Assembly (NCBI RefSeq): GCF_006345805.1 | Contig: NC_042998.1 | Location: 60,078,001 to 60,142,000, forward strand | Direction of reading: 5' to 3' | Origin: Octopus sinensis | Lineage: Eukaryota | Length of the DNA: 64,000 nucleotides | Part shown: piece after piece, positions 12,397 to 25,351 of the stretch | How the letters are laid out: every line of letters starts with the position of its first letter | Numbering within the stretch: position 1 is the first letter of the stretch | Position numbers and translations under genes: made by a program | The notes under the pieces: generated by a model | Told to the model about the DNA's origin: nothing | Seen by the model: only the letters and a program-made list of their open reading frames with translations | Databases searched by the model: none

Positions 12397-12665
12397 ATTA
12401 TTTTTTTAAAACTCAGGTTTTGTTTGCGCTTGCACTGTTGGAGTCTTGCATACGCAGATGGCTTGATGCCTGCAGCCTAGGGTACCATGCTATCTGTTCC
12501 TAATAGTTTCCTAATAATTCCGGCGGTGATAAGGAGACAAAGATTTTTTTAACAATTCTACTGGCTACTCTATTCAGATTTCTTTATATTCCTCTTGATG
12601 CCTTCTTATACTGTCCCCAAAGACCCAACAATAATTGGCACTATCTTCACCTTCATATTCGGTAG
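12397..12665 (-). mobile_element. R4/Dong-type non-LTR retrotransposon 3' end (copy 1, decayed)
   Basis: Minus strand gives MKVKIVPIIVGSLGTV...ITAGIIRKLLG, then a short UTR and an AAT-type tail. Confidence 0.65.
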
Positions 12666-12785
12666 CCCGGCTGTTAGGTACTTATTATTATATAATCTAC
12701 TTGTTCCCAGCCACAAAACTGGCCGCCCTTGTGGCAAAATTTGAAACCATCATCATCATCATCATGATCATCATCATCATCATCA

Positions 12786-12820
<35 letters not shown>

Positions 12821-12863
12821 GTTATTATTATTATTATCATTATTATTATTATTATTATTATTA

Positions 12864-12894
<31 letters not shown>

Positions 12895-13451
12895 GAGTGA
12901 GAGACCAGTGCATGCCATCAAAATGACACTGGGGAAACATATACGAAGCCCAGTATTCCCATCATGACTACCCGTCTGATAAAGGTACACTAGGCACATG
13001 CATCACAACCATATGTGCTCGACATGGTGATCTCATATCAAGACAAATATCATATGACCTTGCGGGTGGGGCCCAGTTAAAATTTTTTTTCTGGTCAAAT
13101 AACCCATCCCGTTCAAAAGATCCCTAAATAAGGATTGTTTAAGGATGTTGAACGAACCACCCATGTTTTGAGAGGTGAATCATTCAAACCCCAAAGAATC
13201 TCTCTCAACACATGGCTATGATGCTCCTTCACTACTCCTGCTAATGATCAGAGATGCACATATCGTCAGCCTCTAAGGGACATGGTCAACTGGTTAAGGT
13301 CAAACAACTGACAAGCAAATCTGTGGTATTGAGCAGAATATTTGCTGTAGCCCATCTTTTATACCAAGACAAAACAATGTACATGATATCACTCCCAATC
13401 AGTTAAGATCACAAGCCACCAGAGCCACTGCCTGGTACTACATCAGGGCAT
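12895..13451 (-). repeat. Element B, copy 2
   Basis: Same orientation and nearly the same end points as copy 1; (ATT)n on both sides. Confidence 0.8.
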
Positions 13452-13471
13452 TTATTATTATTATTATTATT

Positions 13472-13504
<33 letters not shown>

Positions 13505-13512
13505 ATTTGTTG

Positions 13513-13566
<54 letters not shown>

Positions 13567-13568
<2 letters not shown>

Positions 13569-14345
13569 TAGTTTTATTTTTATAGCGTGCTTTCACTTCA
13601 CTACCGAGCGCATCTCTGTGTGCCTTGGGTGTGTGCCGTGGTTTGCTGTGATGCTCTTATGGTTACAGTATTGAAAGTGTTTTGCGTAGGATGTGTGCAG
13701 TGCCCAGTGGTGCAATTTTGTGTATGGTATATACATATTTGTAATTCCTGGTATATTTGTTATGTATTTGTCTGAATATTTTTTTATCATACCTATTGTG
13801 CCCACTATGATAGGAATTGTTTCTGTTTTTAGATTCTACATTCGAGTTACCTGTATTTCCAGGTCTTTGTATTTTGAAAGTTTCTCCATTTTTTTTAGAC
13901 AAACGTTGTCATCTGCTGGTATTGATACATCAATTAGAAAGCACTTTTTTCTTCATGATCTCTAACAACTTTATCTGGCCTATTGGCCTTAATTTCTCTA
14001 TCCGTGTGTATTGGCATATACCAGAGTATTTTTGATTTCTCGTTTTCTATGGCCTTTTCTGGCGTGTGCCTATACCATCTTCTTTCTGTTGTTATTCCAT
14101 ATTGCTGGCACAGCTTCCAGTGTATGTAGGTCCAAACTCTGTCGTGTCTGCGAATATATTCCTTCTTAGCCAGGACTGGGTAGTCAGAGATGATATGATT
14201 TATTGTTTCTTCTCCATCTCCACATATTCTGCAGTTACTTGTTTCATTATATGTTTTTGGTAATTTCCGGTGGGAAGACCTTGGGTCTTGTGCTGCAATT
14301 AAAAATCCTTCAGTCTGCTTTGAATCTTGAGCTTCTCAACCATTG
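13567..14345 (-). mobile_element. R4/Dong-type retrotransposon 3' portion (copy 2): CCHC-like zinc knuckle plus restriction-like endonuclease
   Basis: CRICGDGEETINHIIS..RRHDRV..IHW.LC..ILW..NRPD..CFLIDVSIPADDN..KYKDLEI..IPIIVGTIG..LGTAHILRKTL*, then a UTR and (AAT)n. Confidence 0.88.
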
Positions 14346-14350
14346 CTGGG

Positions 14351-14410
<60 letters not shown>

Positions 14411-14436
14411 CATTATTATTATAATTATTAACGATT

Positions 14437-14612
14437 CGAACAAGCAGAATCGTTAGCACGCCGGGCGAAAATCTTAGCGGTATTTCGTCTGTGGCAACGT
14501 TCTGAGTTCAAATTCCACCAAGGTTGACCTTGCCTTTCATCTTTTAGGGATCGGTATTTTAAGAACCAGTTGATCTTCCCCAAAATCCAGGCCTTGAACC
14601 TACAGCGAAGGG
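14437..14612 (+). mobile_element. SINE family A followed by (ATT)n/(AGT)n
   Basis: gcagaatcgttagcacgccgggcgaaa..gagttcaaattcc. Confidence 0.75.
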
Positions 14613-14640
14613 ATTATTATTATTATATTATTATTATTAT

Positions 14641-14693
<53 letters not shown>

Positions 14694-14711
14694 TCATTAT
14701 TGTTATTATTA

Positions 14712-15360
14712 TTATTATTGCATGAAAACTCACAGCATATTTTCCTGAGTATGTTGGAAAATGTGATCTGCCCACAGCCAGCAGACTAAGGTGACACTTG
14801 TTTACTGGTCATGCTTCAAGAACCCTGCGAGGAATTCTTGCAGTTCCAAGCAATGCTGATTTTTGTAGGAGTTCTACCTTCACACTTGCACCCATCTTTA
14901 TCAGCCCTGCTGGTAGATGGGTGCTGATACTTCCAAGTGCACCAATTATTATTGGTATCACGTCTACTCTCTTTATTGAATAAAAAAAATTCGTATTTCT
15001 CAATTGAAATCATTATAGTTGTTTATTTTTCCCTCTTTCATATTTGTCCTGTTGTCACTTGGGCATGCTATGTCGATTCTCATACATGTTCTTTCTTTTT
15101 TATTCAACACAACAATGTCCAGTTACCGATGTCTGGTCGTGTGATCGCAAAGAATCATTGCATCCCACAGGGTTTTACAACTTTCATTTTCGGTGACTCC
15201 TTCTGGGGTGTACCCATACTACGTCTTTGCTCTTTGTAGGCCGTGATTTCCTCAGAGCTCTCAATGGATCATTCTTGCCAAATTGTCATGGCGTCTTTTG
15301 TATTCGCGCTGTGCCAATTTCGGGCATTCGCTAGTGATGTGCCATACCGTTTCACCCCAC
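14712..15360 (-). mobile_element. R4/Dong-type retrotransposon 3' portion (copy 3, different subfamily)
   Basis: HITSECPKLAQREYKRRHDNLAR..TLWD..DIVV..IDIACPSD..VIPIIIGALG..LQKSALLGTARIPRRVLEA*. Confidence 0.88.
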
Positions 15361-15402
15361 TTATTATCATCATCATTATCATCATCAGCATCATCATCAT
15401 CA

Positions 15403-15480
<78 letters not shown>

Positions 15481-15481
<1 letters not shown>

Positions 15482-15790
15482 GGCGGTGAGCTGGCAGAAT
15501 CGTTAGCGAGCTGGACTAAATACTTAGCGGTATTTTGCCCGTCGCTGCGTTCTGTGTTCAAATTCCACCGAAGTCGATTTTACCTTTCATCCTTTCAGGC
15601 TTTGTGCCTTTAGTAGAAAGGATTATTATTATTATTATGAAGCCATGCCGGAGGAAATTCTTAGCGGCATTTTGTCCGTTTTTAGTTCTGACTACAAATG
15701 CCACTGAAGTCAACTTTGTCTTTCATCCTTTCGAAACCGATAAAATAAAGTATCAATCAATCTTGGGGTTGATATAGTCGATCAGCCTTC
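15481..15790 (+). mobile_element. Two tandem SINE family A copies
   Basis: Heads at 15481 and about 15640, separated by (ATT)n. Confidence 0.7.
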
Positions 15791-18046
15791 TAAAAGAATT
15801 CCTCTCTTCAAAGCTTATATCACAATAATTAATTATTAGATCTATTGTTTCGAAATATCATACAGGCCTATTTTTATCTCATAGATTTATCACAGATTAA
15901 AAATAAACAGCATATGATTTTATTTTTACTTTTTTCTGATTTGACGTCCAAATCAATTTGATATATTCATTTGTATAGGTGCATGTTGTCGATAATTATC
16001 TTAAAATAATTGCTCCTCGTAATAATTATCTCAATGATATCATTTCAAACGTTTAAGGCGTCAAGACAGATGTGTAGCCGTTAGCACACATTTAAAAAAT
16101 AGAATTATCTATATCTTGCTTTAAACTATTTTATCGTCTATCGTTTATCAGCTTGAAACGAAAGTCAAATTAAACAGTTAATTGAAGAAGGGTGTTATTT
16201 ACGTCAAGATTAGAACCATTAAGCATACATTTGAGATTGTAAATATACGAAACTTCTATACAATTCTAATTGTTAAATGGTTTGCTTTGTGACATTTATG
16301 ACTGTCGGATTATTATTCAGTTAAATATTGAGATTTACATGACTCTATAGCTGATGCGCTTTGCATATTATCATTTATTGAAATATTTTCCCCGGGATAG
16401 TGAGATATGAGAGAAGCTAGCGATATATATTAATTTCTTTACTGTTATTTCTTCTCTTTCTGTTCTATTTCTCACTCTACTTATAGTGATTAATGGAAGG
16501 AGATTTGAATAGCGCATAAAGATACAGTATATACGCATGAGAATTTCAGATATCATTAAAACATAACCGTTATAACATAATTAAATATGCAAATAAGGCT
16601 CTAGCATAGGTGTACAAACACACACATACACACACATACACACACACAAACAGATATAGATCTATATAAAACGTTTGACAAAGAAAAGTTGAAAGAAGCT
16701 ATGTCTTGCCACTTATATAAATATAACAAATTTTCCTAATCCTTTAATCCCGTTGCCTCCTATCCATCTCTCCTCCTTCCACGTGACCGGTGTCCAGCCA
16801 GCCTTGATCTTTCTTTGTTGACCTGACTGCCAACACCTCTTGTGTCCATCTCCTATGTTCCTGCCTTTAGGCTTTCACATTATACACGCCAACTCAATGT
16901 GATTCGTTCTTAGTCGAAAGACATCTGTTGTTATTTCTTGTTGTTTGTATTCGTAATTGTGTAATATCTTCGGTTTTTTTTTGTTTGTTTGTTTGTTTTT
17001 TGTCTTTGTTGCCGAACACATTCGCTAGCTTTCTTACAAAGTGATCTAATGCTCTTAGCTTAGACTTTTGGTGGGGAAACCAGATCGAACCATCTCAACT
17101 GTAACTGCCCGAAATGGTCGTGACTTCTGGAACTTGACTAAGGAAAGAAAGCGACGTATGACAAGTCTTCTTTTTTTTTGCCTGTCCTTCTAATTATTTT
17201 TTCTCTTGTCCGCTTTGTATCGTCTATCTCTCCAAATCTTTTAATGTCCTCTATTGCGTTTTTCATCCATTTTTATATTTATATATATAACATAAATTAG
17301 CTTTCTAAATATTGTTCATTATTTTCTGAACAACGATACGCAAACAAACTATATTTTGTCGAACTAATATTCACAGATAAAATGTTCAAATATAGTTTAT
17401 GTATATGTATATGTGTGTGTATGGACGTGTGTGTGTGTGCATGTGTGTGTATGTGCCTGTGTGTATATGTACGTCTGTGTACGTGCATGGGTATAATTTT
17501 CTACTTCACAGGAATAACATAACTCCTCCTCTTACTTCTTGTCGCTCGACTTCTTAATGTTAATTGCCTTTCAAAAGCACTTATCTATTGAAGTGAAACA
17601 TTAACATTAGTCTCTGCACTTCTATCTTCTGATCATGAATTGCTTTGATATTCCGTTTATCAACATATTCATATGTCTGAGGAAACTGAAAAGTGATTTT
17701 CTTACAAACCCATGAAACGCATCTAGTTTTTGAAAGACGTTTAAAATCCAATGATCGACTCTCGATCATTCAATCCCTTTTGCATATGGATGCGCTCGCT
17801 CAAGTATCTGTTGTCGGTATCTCTTGTTAAAAGCGACCGGTAACATTACACGAAATTATAGCTAGGTTAAGCTGATTAATGCAGTAAAACTTGCAAAATC
17901 TGGAATAACACATTTTATAACTGTTGCTTTTAAATACAGTTAATTTCGTTGTTATGTTTTACAAACGTAATTTTCAGTACACACGCATTTCTTCAAATAT
18001 AAATTTCTATATACTTTTAATATTGATTTCAAAGACCAGCAATTCC

Positions 18047-18368
18047 GGGGAGCTGGGTAAGTCGATTACATCAACACCAGTACTCAACTGGATGACAGGT
18101 AAAGTCGACCTTGGTGAATTTTGAACTCAGAACATAAAGACAGACGAAATGCTGCTAAGCATATCACATAACGTGCTAACGAATCTCGCCGCATTCTATA
18201 CTTGCACCCCGGGCAAAATTCTTTCGCGGCATTTCGTCCATCCTTACGTTCTGAGATTAAATTCCGACGAGGTTGATAAAATAAGTACCTGCTAGACACT
18301 GTGGTCAATGTAATTAACATACTTTCTCTTCCGAAAATGCTGCTCGTGTGCCAAAATTTGAAACCAAT
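18047..18368. mobile_element. Head-to-head inverted pair of family A SINEs
   Basis: Minus-strand copy at about 18047-18191 and plus-strand copy at about 18205-18368. Confidence 0.65.
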
Positions 18369-18833
18369 ATTGTTATTAATACATAAATATGAGTGTTACT
18401 TTGTATAAAATTTAATATCGTTATCAAGCTAACCATAAAATGATTCCATTTTACAAATAATAGTTACATAGTTAATCTATAACTACTGTGATTTCATAAC
18501 AACCAGCAAGCGTCCACTATTATAAGCAAATATTTTTACTGTACATTTTTTAAATACCAGCTTTCATGTTCTATTTCTTATAATCTTGCCGGACGTTGGT
18601 AACATAAACTCAAAGTAATTAACAGACACCCATAGACCAATTAACAAACTCAAATACACACATTGAAACAAACACTAAGACACATGTATTTTTATATTTG
18701 TCTTTTATCTTTTACTTACTTCGGTCATTGAACTGTGACGACGCTACAGCACGCCTTCATGTCGAATAGACTCTATTATTGAGTTTTAAGTCTGACATTT
18801 ATTCTATAGGCGATAGAGGAATAAAGCCAAACA

Positions 18834-18913
<80 letters not shown>

Positions 18914-18920
<7 letters not shown>

Positions 18921-19037
18921 GGGCATTACTATACATAAATGCCTCACGCTAGGAGGGACTCGTAAAGTCAAAACAAGTTTTAACTTTAAGTGTCCCTCCT
19001 AGCGTGAGGCATTTATGTATAGTAATGCCCTTAATAT
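18914..19037. repeat. 124-bp near-perfect palindrome (MITE-like) next to (TA)n
   Basis: 46-bp perfect arms at 18914-18959 and 18992-19037; the inner segment is also largely self-complementary. The GGGC...GCCC core is flanked by TTAA on both sides. Confidence 0.9.
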
Positions 19038-19503
19038 ATATAAATATATTTGAAGGGAATAGTTAAAGTTTTCCCTTATGAGGTTTTTTCAGGCTAACTA
19101 CTTGATAAATTCTTCGCGGCTGCACTCTATACTAAAAGACAATTAATCAAAGTACTACGAACTTTGATTGAACGAAACTACATAAGCGCAAAGTGAGCTT
19201 CTCAAATGCACAGCTATAGGAAAATCGTTAAGGATTTTAAACTTGAATATGAGTATTATGGATTGTAAATGTGAAATTATTGTGAATGTCATAAAACGCA
19301 CACGCATGCATACACACATATGCGCGCGCATGCTCATACACTTCAGTCCGCACATATATGTAGGTATAATGTTTGTATGACATACTCAGTTCTATTAAAC
19401 TTATATCACTTTCTTACGAAAAAATTTGACAACGGTTGTTTCTTTTGTTAAAGAAAGAAAGGACCAATATGTATATATATGTGTGTGTGTGTGTGCGCGT
19501 GCG

Positions 19504-19922
19504 TGTCAAGTATATTTGCCATCTAAATATGGCTAACCACTAAGGGTCGATGTTACTGTAGCATGAAGCCCCAGGAGAACATGTTCTCCAGCTGGCTATT
19601 GACACACTTTCTGTGCCCTATTGGTATTTGCAAAGGGAAGCCATCCCTCCCACCGTCGACCTACGTCGTACGAACGGACCCGGGTTTCTGGGTATTTATC
19701 CGTCATCAGCGCACGACAATCACCGGTGAAATACTCAGAAACCCGGGTCCGTGCGTATCTCGTAGGTCGACGATGGGAAGGATGGCTTCCCCTTGCAAAT
19801 ACCGATAGGGCACAGAAAGTGTGTCAATAGCCAGCTGGAGAACATGTTCTCCTGGGGCTACAAGCTACAGTAACATCCACCCTTAGTGGTTAGCCATATT
19901 TAGATGACAAATATACTTCACA
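19504..19922. repeat. 419-bp palindrome (194-bp arms, 31-nt spacer)
   Basis: Arms 19504-19697 and 19729-19922 align without indels, with 14 mismatches counted by eye (about 93%). Confidence 0.92.
19665..19717 (-). ncRNA. Hammerhead-like motif at the palindrome centre (stem II degenerate)
   Basis: Minus strand reads GTCGTGCG-CTGATGA-CGGATAAATACCCA-GAAA-CCCGGG-TC-CGTTCGTACGAC. Stem III is the palindrome ACCCGGGT with a GTC triplet. Confidence 0.6.
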
Positions 19923-19968
19923 TTGTCGTGCAGTTACAATATATAGCTCGTTCAGAGATATATTATTG

Positions 19969-20059
<91 letters not shown>

Positions 20060-20132
20060 ATATATATATATTTGTGTGTGTATATATATGTGTGTGTGTG
20101 TGTATATTTATGTATGTATATATATACATAAA

Positions 20133-20195
20133 GTCAATCCAAACATGAAACCAAAGAGAAAAAACACCAAAAACCCGAGGACGTGGAACAAGTAT
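20133..20195 (-). repeat. Truncated 3' end of the hammerhead-bearing family seen at 28009-28410 and 33595-34002
   Basis: gtcaatccaaacatgaaaccaaagagaaaa..gtggaacaagtata matches the terminal about 60 nt of those copies. Confidence 0.65.
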
Positions 20196-20197
20196 AT

Positions 20198-20735
<538 letters not shown>

Positions 20736-20741
20736 TATAGT

Positions 20742-21000
20742 GAAGGTACATGGCTCAGTGTTTAAGGCATTTGGCTCACTGGTTTACGAGTTCGATTCCC
20801 GGTGCTGCGTAGTGTCCTTGAGTACGACACTTCACTGCGAGCTTTGCCACATTGTGTTACGATGAATCTCTCTATGAACTACGTTAATGTTACATGTGTG
20901 TGAGGAGTTCCCTGCAATTTTTTAGTTTATTTCACGAGACAGTGTTCCGTTGATTTGCTCAGCTGAAATCCTTGTCGTCGTAACTGCTGGATTGTCAGTA
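20742..21000 (+). mobile_element. tRNA-derived SINE, family C-related (decayed)
   Basis: tggctcagtg..gagttcgattccc..gtgtccttgagtacgacactt. Confidence 0.65.
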
Positions 21001-21184
21001 GTTTATATATATATATATGCGTAAGTATATATAAAATAGGGAGTTTTAATGTTGAGCTCGAAATAGAAAAAATGCTATAGATAATAGCATGTAAATATTG
21101 GATTAAACCCCCCTCCCCCACTCCTTTGAAGAGAAAATTGCAATGATGCTCGTGCAGCTCGAACTCGTATCTCTAAACATAAAG

Positions 21185-21400
21185 TACAAAGTCAAAGTTA
21201 ACTTCTCGTGTCATATCGCCTGATAAGGGCCGGTTTTCCGGTTGCATGGTGTACATATTCCTCTCCTGAACGGGATACCCGTCCCTCGCAGGACTACTCA
21301 TTTTTGCCAGCTGAGCGGCCCGGAACCCTGTCTAGGAATCGAGACCGCAATCTTATGACTATGAATCCAAAACCTTACCCACCAAGCCACTACATCTCTA
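21185..21400 (-). mobile_element. tRNA-derived SINE (distinct family)
   Basis: Minus-strand head gtagtggcttggtgggtaagg..gcggtctcgattcc, body ending in (aaagtc)-type repeats. Confidence 0.5.
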
Positions 21401-21679
21401 AACATGACAGGTGTTCATATCTAACACAATAACACAGATATTCTAGATTGATACTCATCAGATGGAATCCACCTTCACGTTAACGCTAACATTGAAAATG
21501 AAAATTGTGACCTCCAATTCTGGCAGCGTATGAGACGATAAAATCTTATGAAGTGATACTACACTTTAATTATTCATACTTTCCATAGGTTTGCTAATTA
21601 TTCTATGAAAATTTTGAATGTTCAAAATGAATATATAATAACATATTAATCTGTTAATAACTGAGGGTATTGGTTTACT

Positions 21680-22080
21680 GCTACATTTATCGTTACATAT
21701 TTTAAAGAAAGTCGACTTGTTAAATCTGAAATATGTTAAGTGGAAAGTGTTCATATAAGTTTGCATAATATATCTTTGTGTGATACATCCGTTTTGTGAG
21801 ATCGCGTTCTAACAAACTGCCAAAGCGGCTCCCAGAATGCTACTACCTTTTTTGAAGGTCTTTGATCTCGAGTCAGTTTATAGCTACATTTATCGTTACA
21901 TATTTTAAAGAAAGTCGATTTGTTAAATCTGAAGAATGTTAAGTAACAAATTTTCATATACGTATCCATGGTATATCGTGGTGTATTAGATCCCTCCTGG
22001 GAATACGCGTTCTACCAAGCTGCCAAAACGCCACCCAGGAATTTTCTGCAATTAGTGAAAATCTTTGATGTCTGAAATCG
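21680..22080. repeat. Diverged 203-bp tandem repeat with a highly conserved 62-bp block
   Basis: 21680-21741 and 21883-21944 differ at 3 of 62 positions. The remaining about 140 nt of each unit are clearly homologous but much more diverged. Confidence 0.85.
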
Positions 22081-22249
22081 AAATATTCAACAGCTTCATA
22101 AAGGCTTACGTATTTTTACCATAGTTTCTATCTTTTAGTATATTGTTTGCATCTTTTGTGGATTTTCCATTCAATATCACCAACTATCGTGCACGAAGCA
22201 TAAAAATTATGAAGTAACAAGTGCAAAGAGATCACTAGGTTCAACTATT

Positions 22250-22450
22250 AAAAAAAGGAAGCTAAAGTATTCTCAACAAATTGTAAGGGCATAACATATA
22301 CACATACCAATATTGCAAGGGAAGATAAATAGCAAACCATTGAGAGGAAGCCCTGGAACAGACTGGTTCGCTAAAATGAAAGGCTGGAATAAATTATATG
22401 GCGACGCGTAAGAATCATATTCAACCTACTGAGAGACGGCACATCATGTT
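22250..22450 (+). mobile_element. RTE-type LINE 3' remnant followed by (GAT)n
   Basis: KKRKLKYSQQIVRA..ILQGKINSKPLRGSPGTDW..MKGW resembles the RTE ORF2 C-terminus. Confidence 0.55.
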
Positions 22451-22837
22451 GTTCTTGATGATGATGTCGATGGTGATGATGATGGTAAGATGATGATGAC
22501 GTCGACGACGACGATGATAATTATGATGATGATGATGTGGATGAGGATATGGACGATGATCAGGAGGAGGAAAAAAGACCAATTATCGATTCAGATTTGT
22601 AAGATTTGACTAGTTTATGTCTGTGGCCGAGCAGTTTACCTTTGCCGGTGTTGGATTAATTCTAATTTTTATATAAAATGATATTTGATATAATTGTAAC
22701 ATAACATAAAATTATTTATAACAAATAACAGTCCTTCAGAGGTAATGGTTTATCAAAATAAAGATAACATTTACTACGTTAAGCATAAGACATAACCTTT
22801 AACATAAACAGAAAATTGGAAGAGATGATGTAGCGAA

Positions 22838-22874
<37 letters not shown>

Positions 22875-23177
22875 GAGAAGGTTTAGTGGTTATGGCATTC
22901 AGCTCAGGAACGTAAGGTCGTGAGATCAATTACCGGCGACGCACTGTGTCCTTGACCAAGACACTTTATTTCACGTTTCTCCAGTCCAGTCAGCTGGAAA
23001 AGATGAGTTGTACCCATATTTCAAGGGGCCAGCCTTGTCACGCTCTGAATCTCGCTGAATCTCACTCAGAACTACGTGTCTGTGGAAGGCTCAGCCACTT
23101 GCACATTAATTTCACGAGCAAGCTATTCCGTTGATCGTATCAGCTGAGACCCTCGTCATCATAACCGACGGAGTGAT

Positions 23178-23180
<3 letters not shown>
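22875..23180 (+). mobile_element. tRNA-derived SINE, family C-related
   Basis: gtgtccttgaccaagacactttatttcacg..cagctggaaaa..aatttcacgagc..ttgatcg. Confidence 0.75.
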
Positions 23181-23249
<69 letters not shown>

Positions 23250-23585
23250 CGTATATATTATCTTGGATATAGTGTTTAATCGTACGATTATTACTGAAAG
23301 AGTTAGAGCTTCACGTAGATTAGCATTATCCAGTCAGCTTCCAGTATAGTGGTGACCAGCTGCCCAATTTACTTAGGTATACTATTAAGTATGATATACA
23401 GACCATATTTAGTGTAAAACTTAAAGATAAACACAAGTGTGAATATTTATTTCCTACTTACGTTTCACCATTGCTGTTATTCGGAACTCAGCATACGATG
23501 TATCAAGGGCATTTGGATGCATAACCACAATACTGGATCATCAAGGGAAGACCCAAATGCAGAGATCACATATATGTGCGTGTTC

Positions 23586-23818
<233 letters not shown>

Positions 23819-23838
23819 ATAATAGTGTAAACTTCGTA

Positions 23839-23883
<45 letters not shown>

Positions 23884-25351
23884 TTTTTCATTTGGCCTAT
23901 CCTCCTTCCCACACATGCTATTCACCTATTACATTCTCACATCCTTTACAACCCAATACACCTATTTTCTACTTCACACTCAATACTACTGACATTCGAA
24001 TTGCTACTCATGCGCACACGTATAGAAACAAGTATATAACACATTTACTCTTCCCCAACACCAGGTTACCTCTATTTCATTTAATACATCTATACGAAAC
24101 TGAAGACAGCTTCCTACACACTTATAAATAGAAAGCAAAATCACAGAAGGAAAGAAAGAAAGAAAGAAAGAAAGAAGAAAGAAAGAAAGAAAGAAGACAA
24201 AGAAACAGAGACAGAAGGAAGATGTAGTGAGACATATTCTGGGCTAAACTACGATATAAGTGGATAGCATCAGCTACAAAAGGTTTATAGAGAACGGCTC
24301 TGTTCATGAAGTGTTAAAGCAAATGAGAAAGCGTTACTGAAGGGAAAAAGTTAATTGAGCAAAAGGGAAATGAAGAACAGAAGAAAAATATTCTGAGAAG
24401 GAAACGTGCGTGTGCGTGTGTGTGTGTGTGAGAGTGTGCGTGTGTGTGTGTGTCTGTCTGTATGTCTGTCTGTGTGTATGTGTGTGTATGTGTGAAGACA
24501 AGAGAGAGAAAGAGTATTGTGTACTTTTTTTCCTATTTGTATTTATTTGAATTTTCTCTAAAAGGAAAGAGCTGGTTTGTAAAAGACGAGAAAGCTTCAT
24601 CTCTGGAACTTCCATTATAACAATAATTGTTCTATTTTTAGCATTAGAAAAGTCTTGAATAATTTTATTCTTTCACTTTATAGATTGTGTGTACTGAAGT
24701 GCATATTAATGGGTCTATTTATGTGAAAATTCTAGCTTTTTGAAATTTTCACTTAAGCATTTACTACTATAATCAATTTCACCAGTAATTATAGGGATAA
24801 ATGTGAATTAGTAATCAGGTCAGACTTCAAGTTTAAGGCAGTTTCCATAAATATTCTCCTTAATGATTTCGTAAGAGTTCACATTTTAAGGGTAGCCAAT
24901 CTTTTCGACTATACATGTTTGCGTTTTTTCTGTCTAAAATTATTAAGCCTATTGTGCTTGCAAATGGAAGAAGCTTTTATAGAAATTTTCCGTGTGTTGA
25001 TATTTGTTACAATAACAGGTGTGGTTTTATATTTATTCCTGAGAAAGATTTTCTGTGAATGACATTTTGTATTGCTCTACTATCAACATCATATCTTAAT
25101 GTGAAGTAATACTTCGATGATATTTCTAGGAAACTACTGATTATGTATTATAATCCTTCCCAGAAGAACTGCCTGATTGACATTTACAGCTCTATCTTGG
25201 GAGTTTAAGGGTTCCATTTCCTGGTTTGTCGATTAAATATTTCATAGCTACCTCCTGATCTCGAATTACAGAAGTGTAACCTTCACGATGTGACGTGATG
25301 TTGCAGTCAAATGTCCAACCGAGTTTACATTTCAGTTTAATATCACCTCCG

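Noticed and set aside
19574-19589. GGAGAACATGTTCTCC palindrome resembling a p53 half-site or steroid response element
   Set aside because: Only one decamer per arm and no spacer; there is no evidence of function.
21680-22080. CRISPR-like repeat-spacer array or a coding repeat
   Set aside because: Only two clear units with homologous 'spacers' in a eukaryotic context; indels break frame between units.
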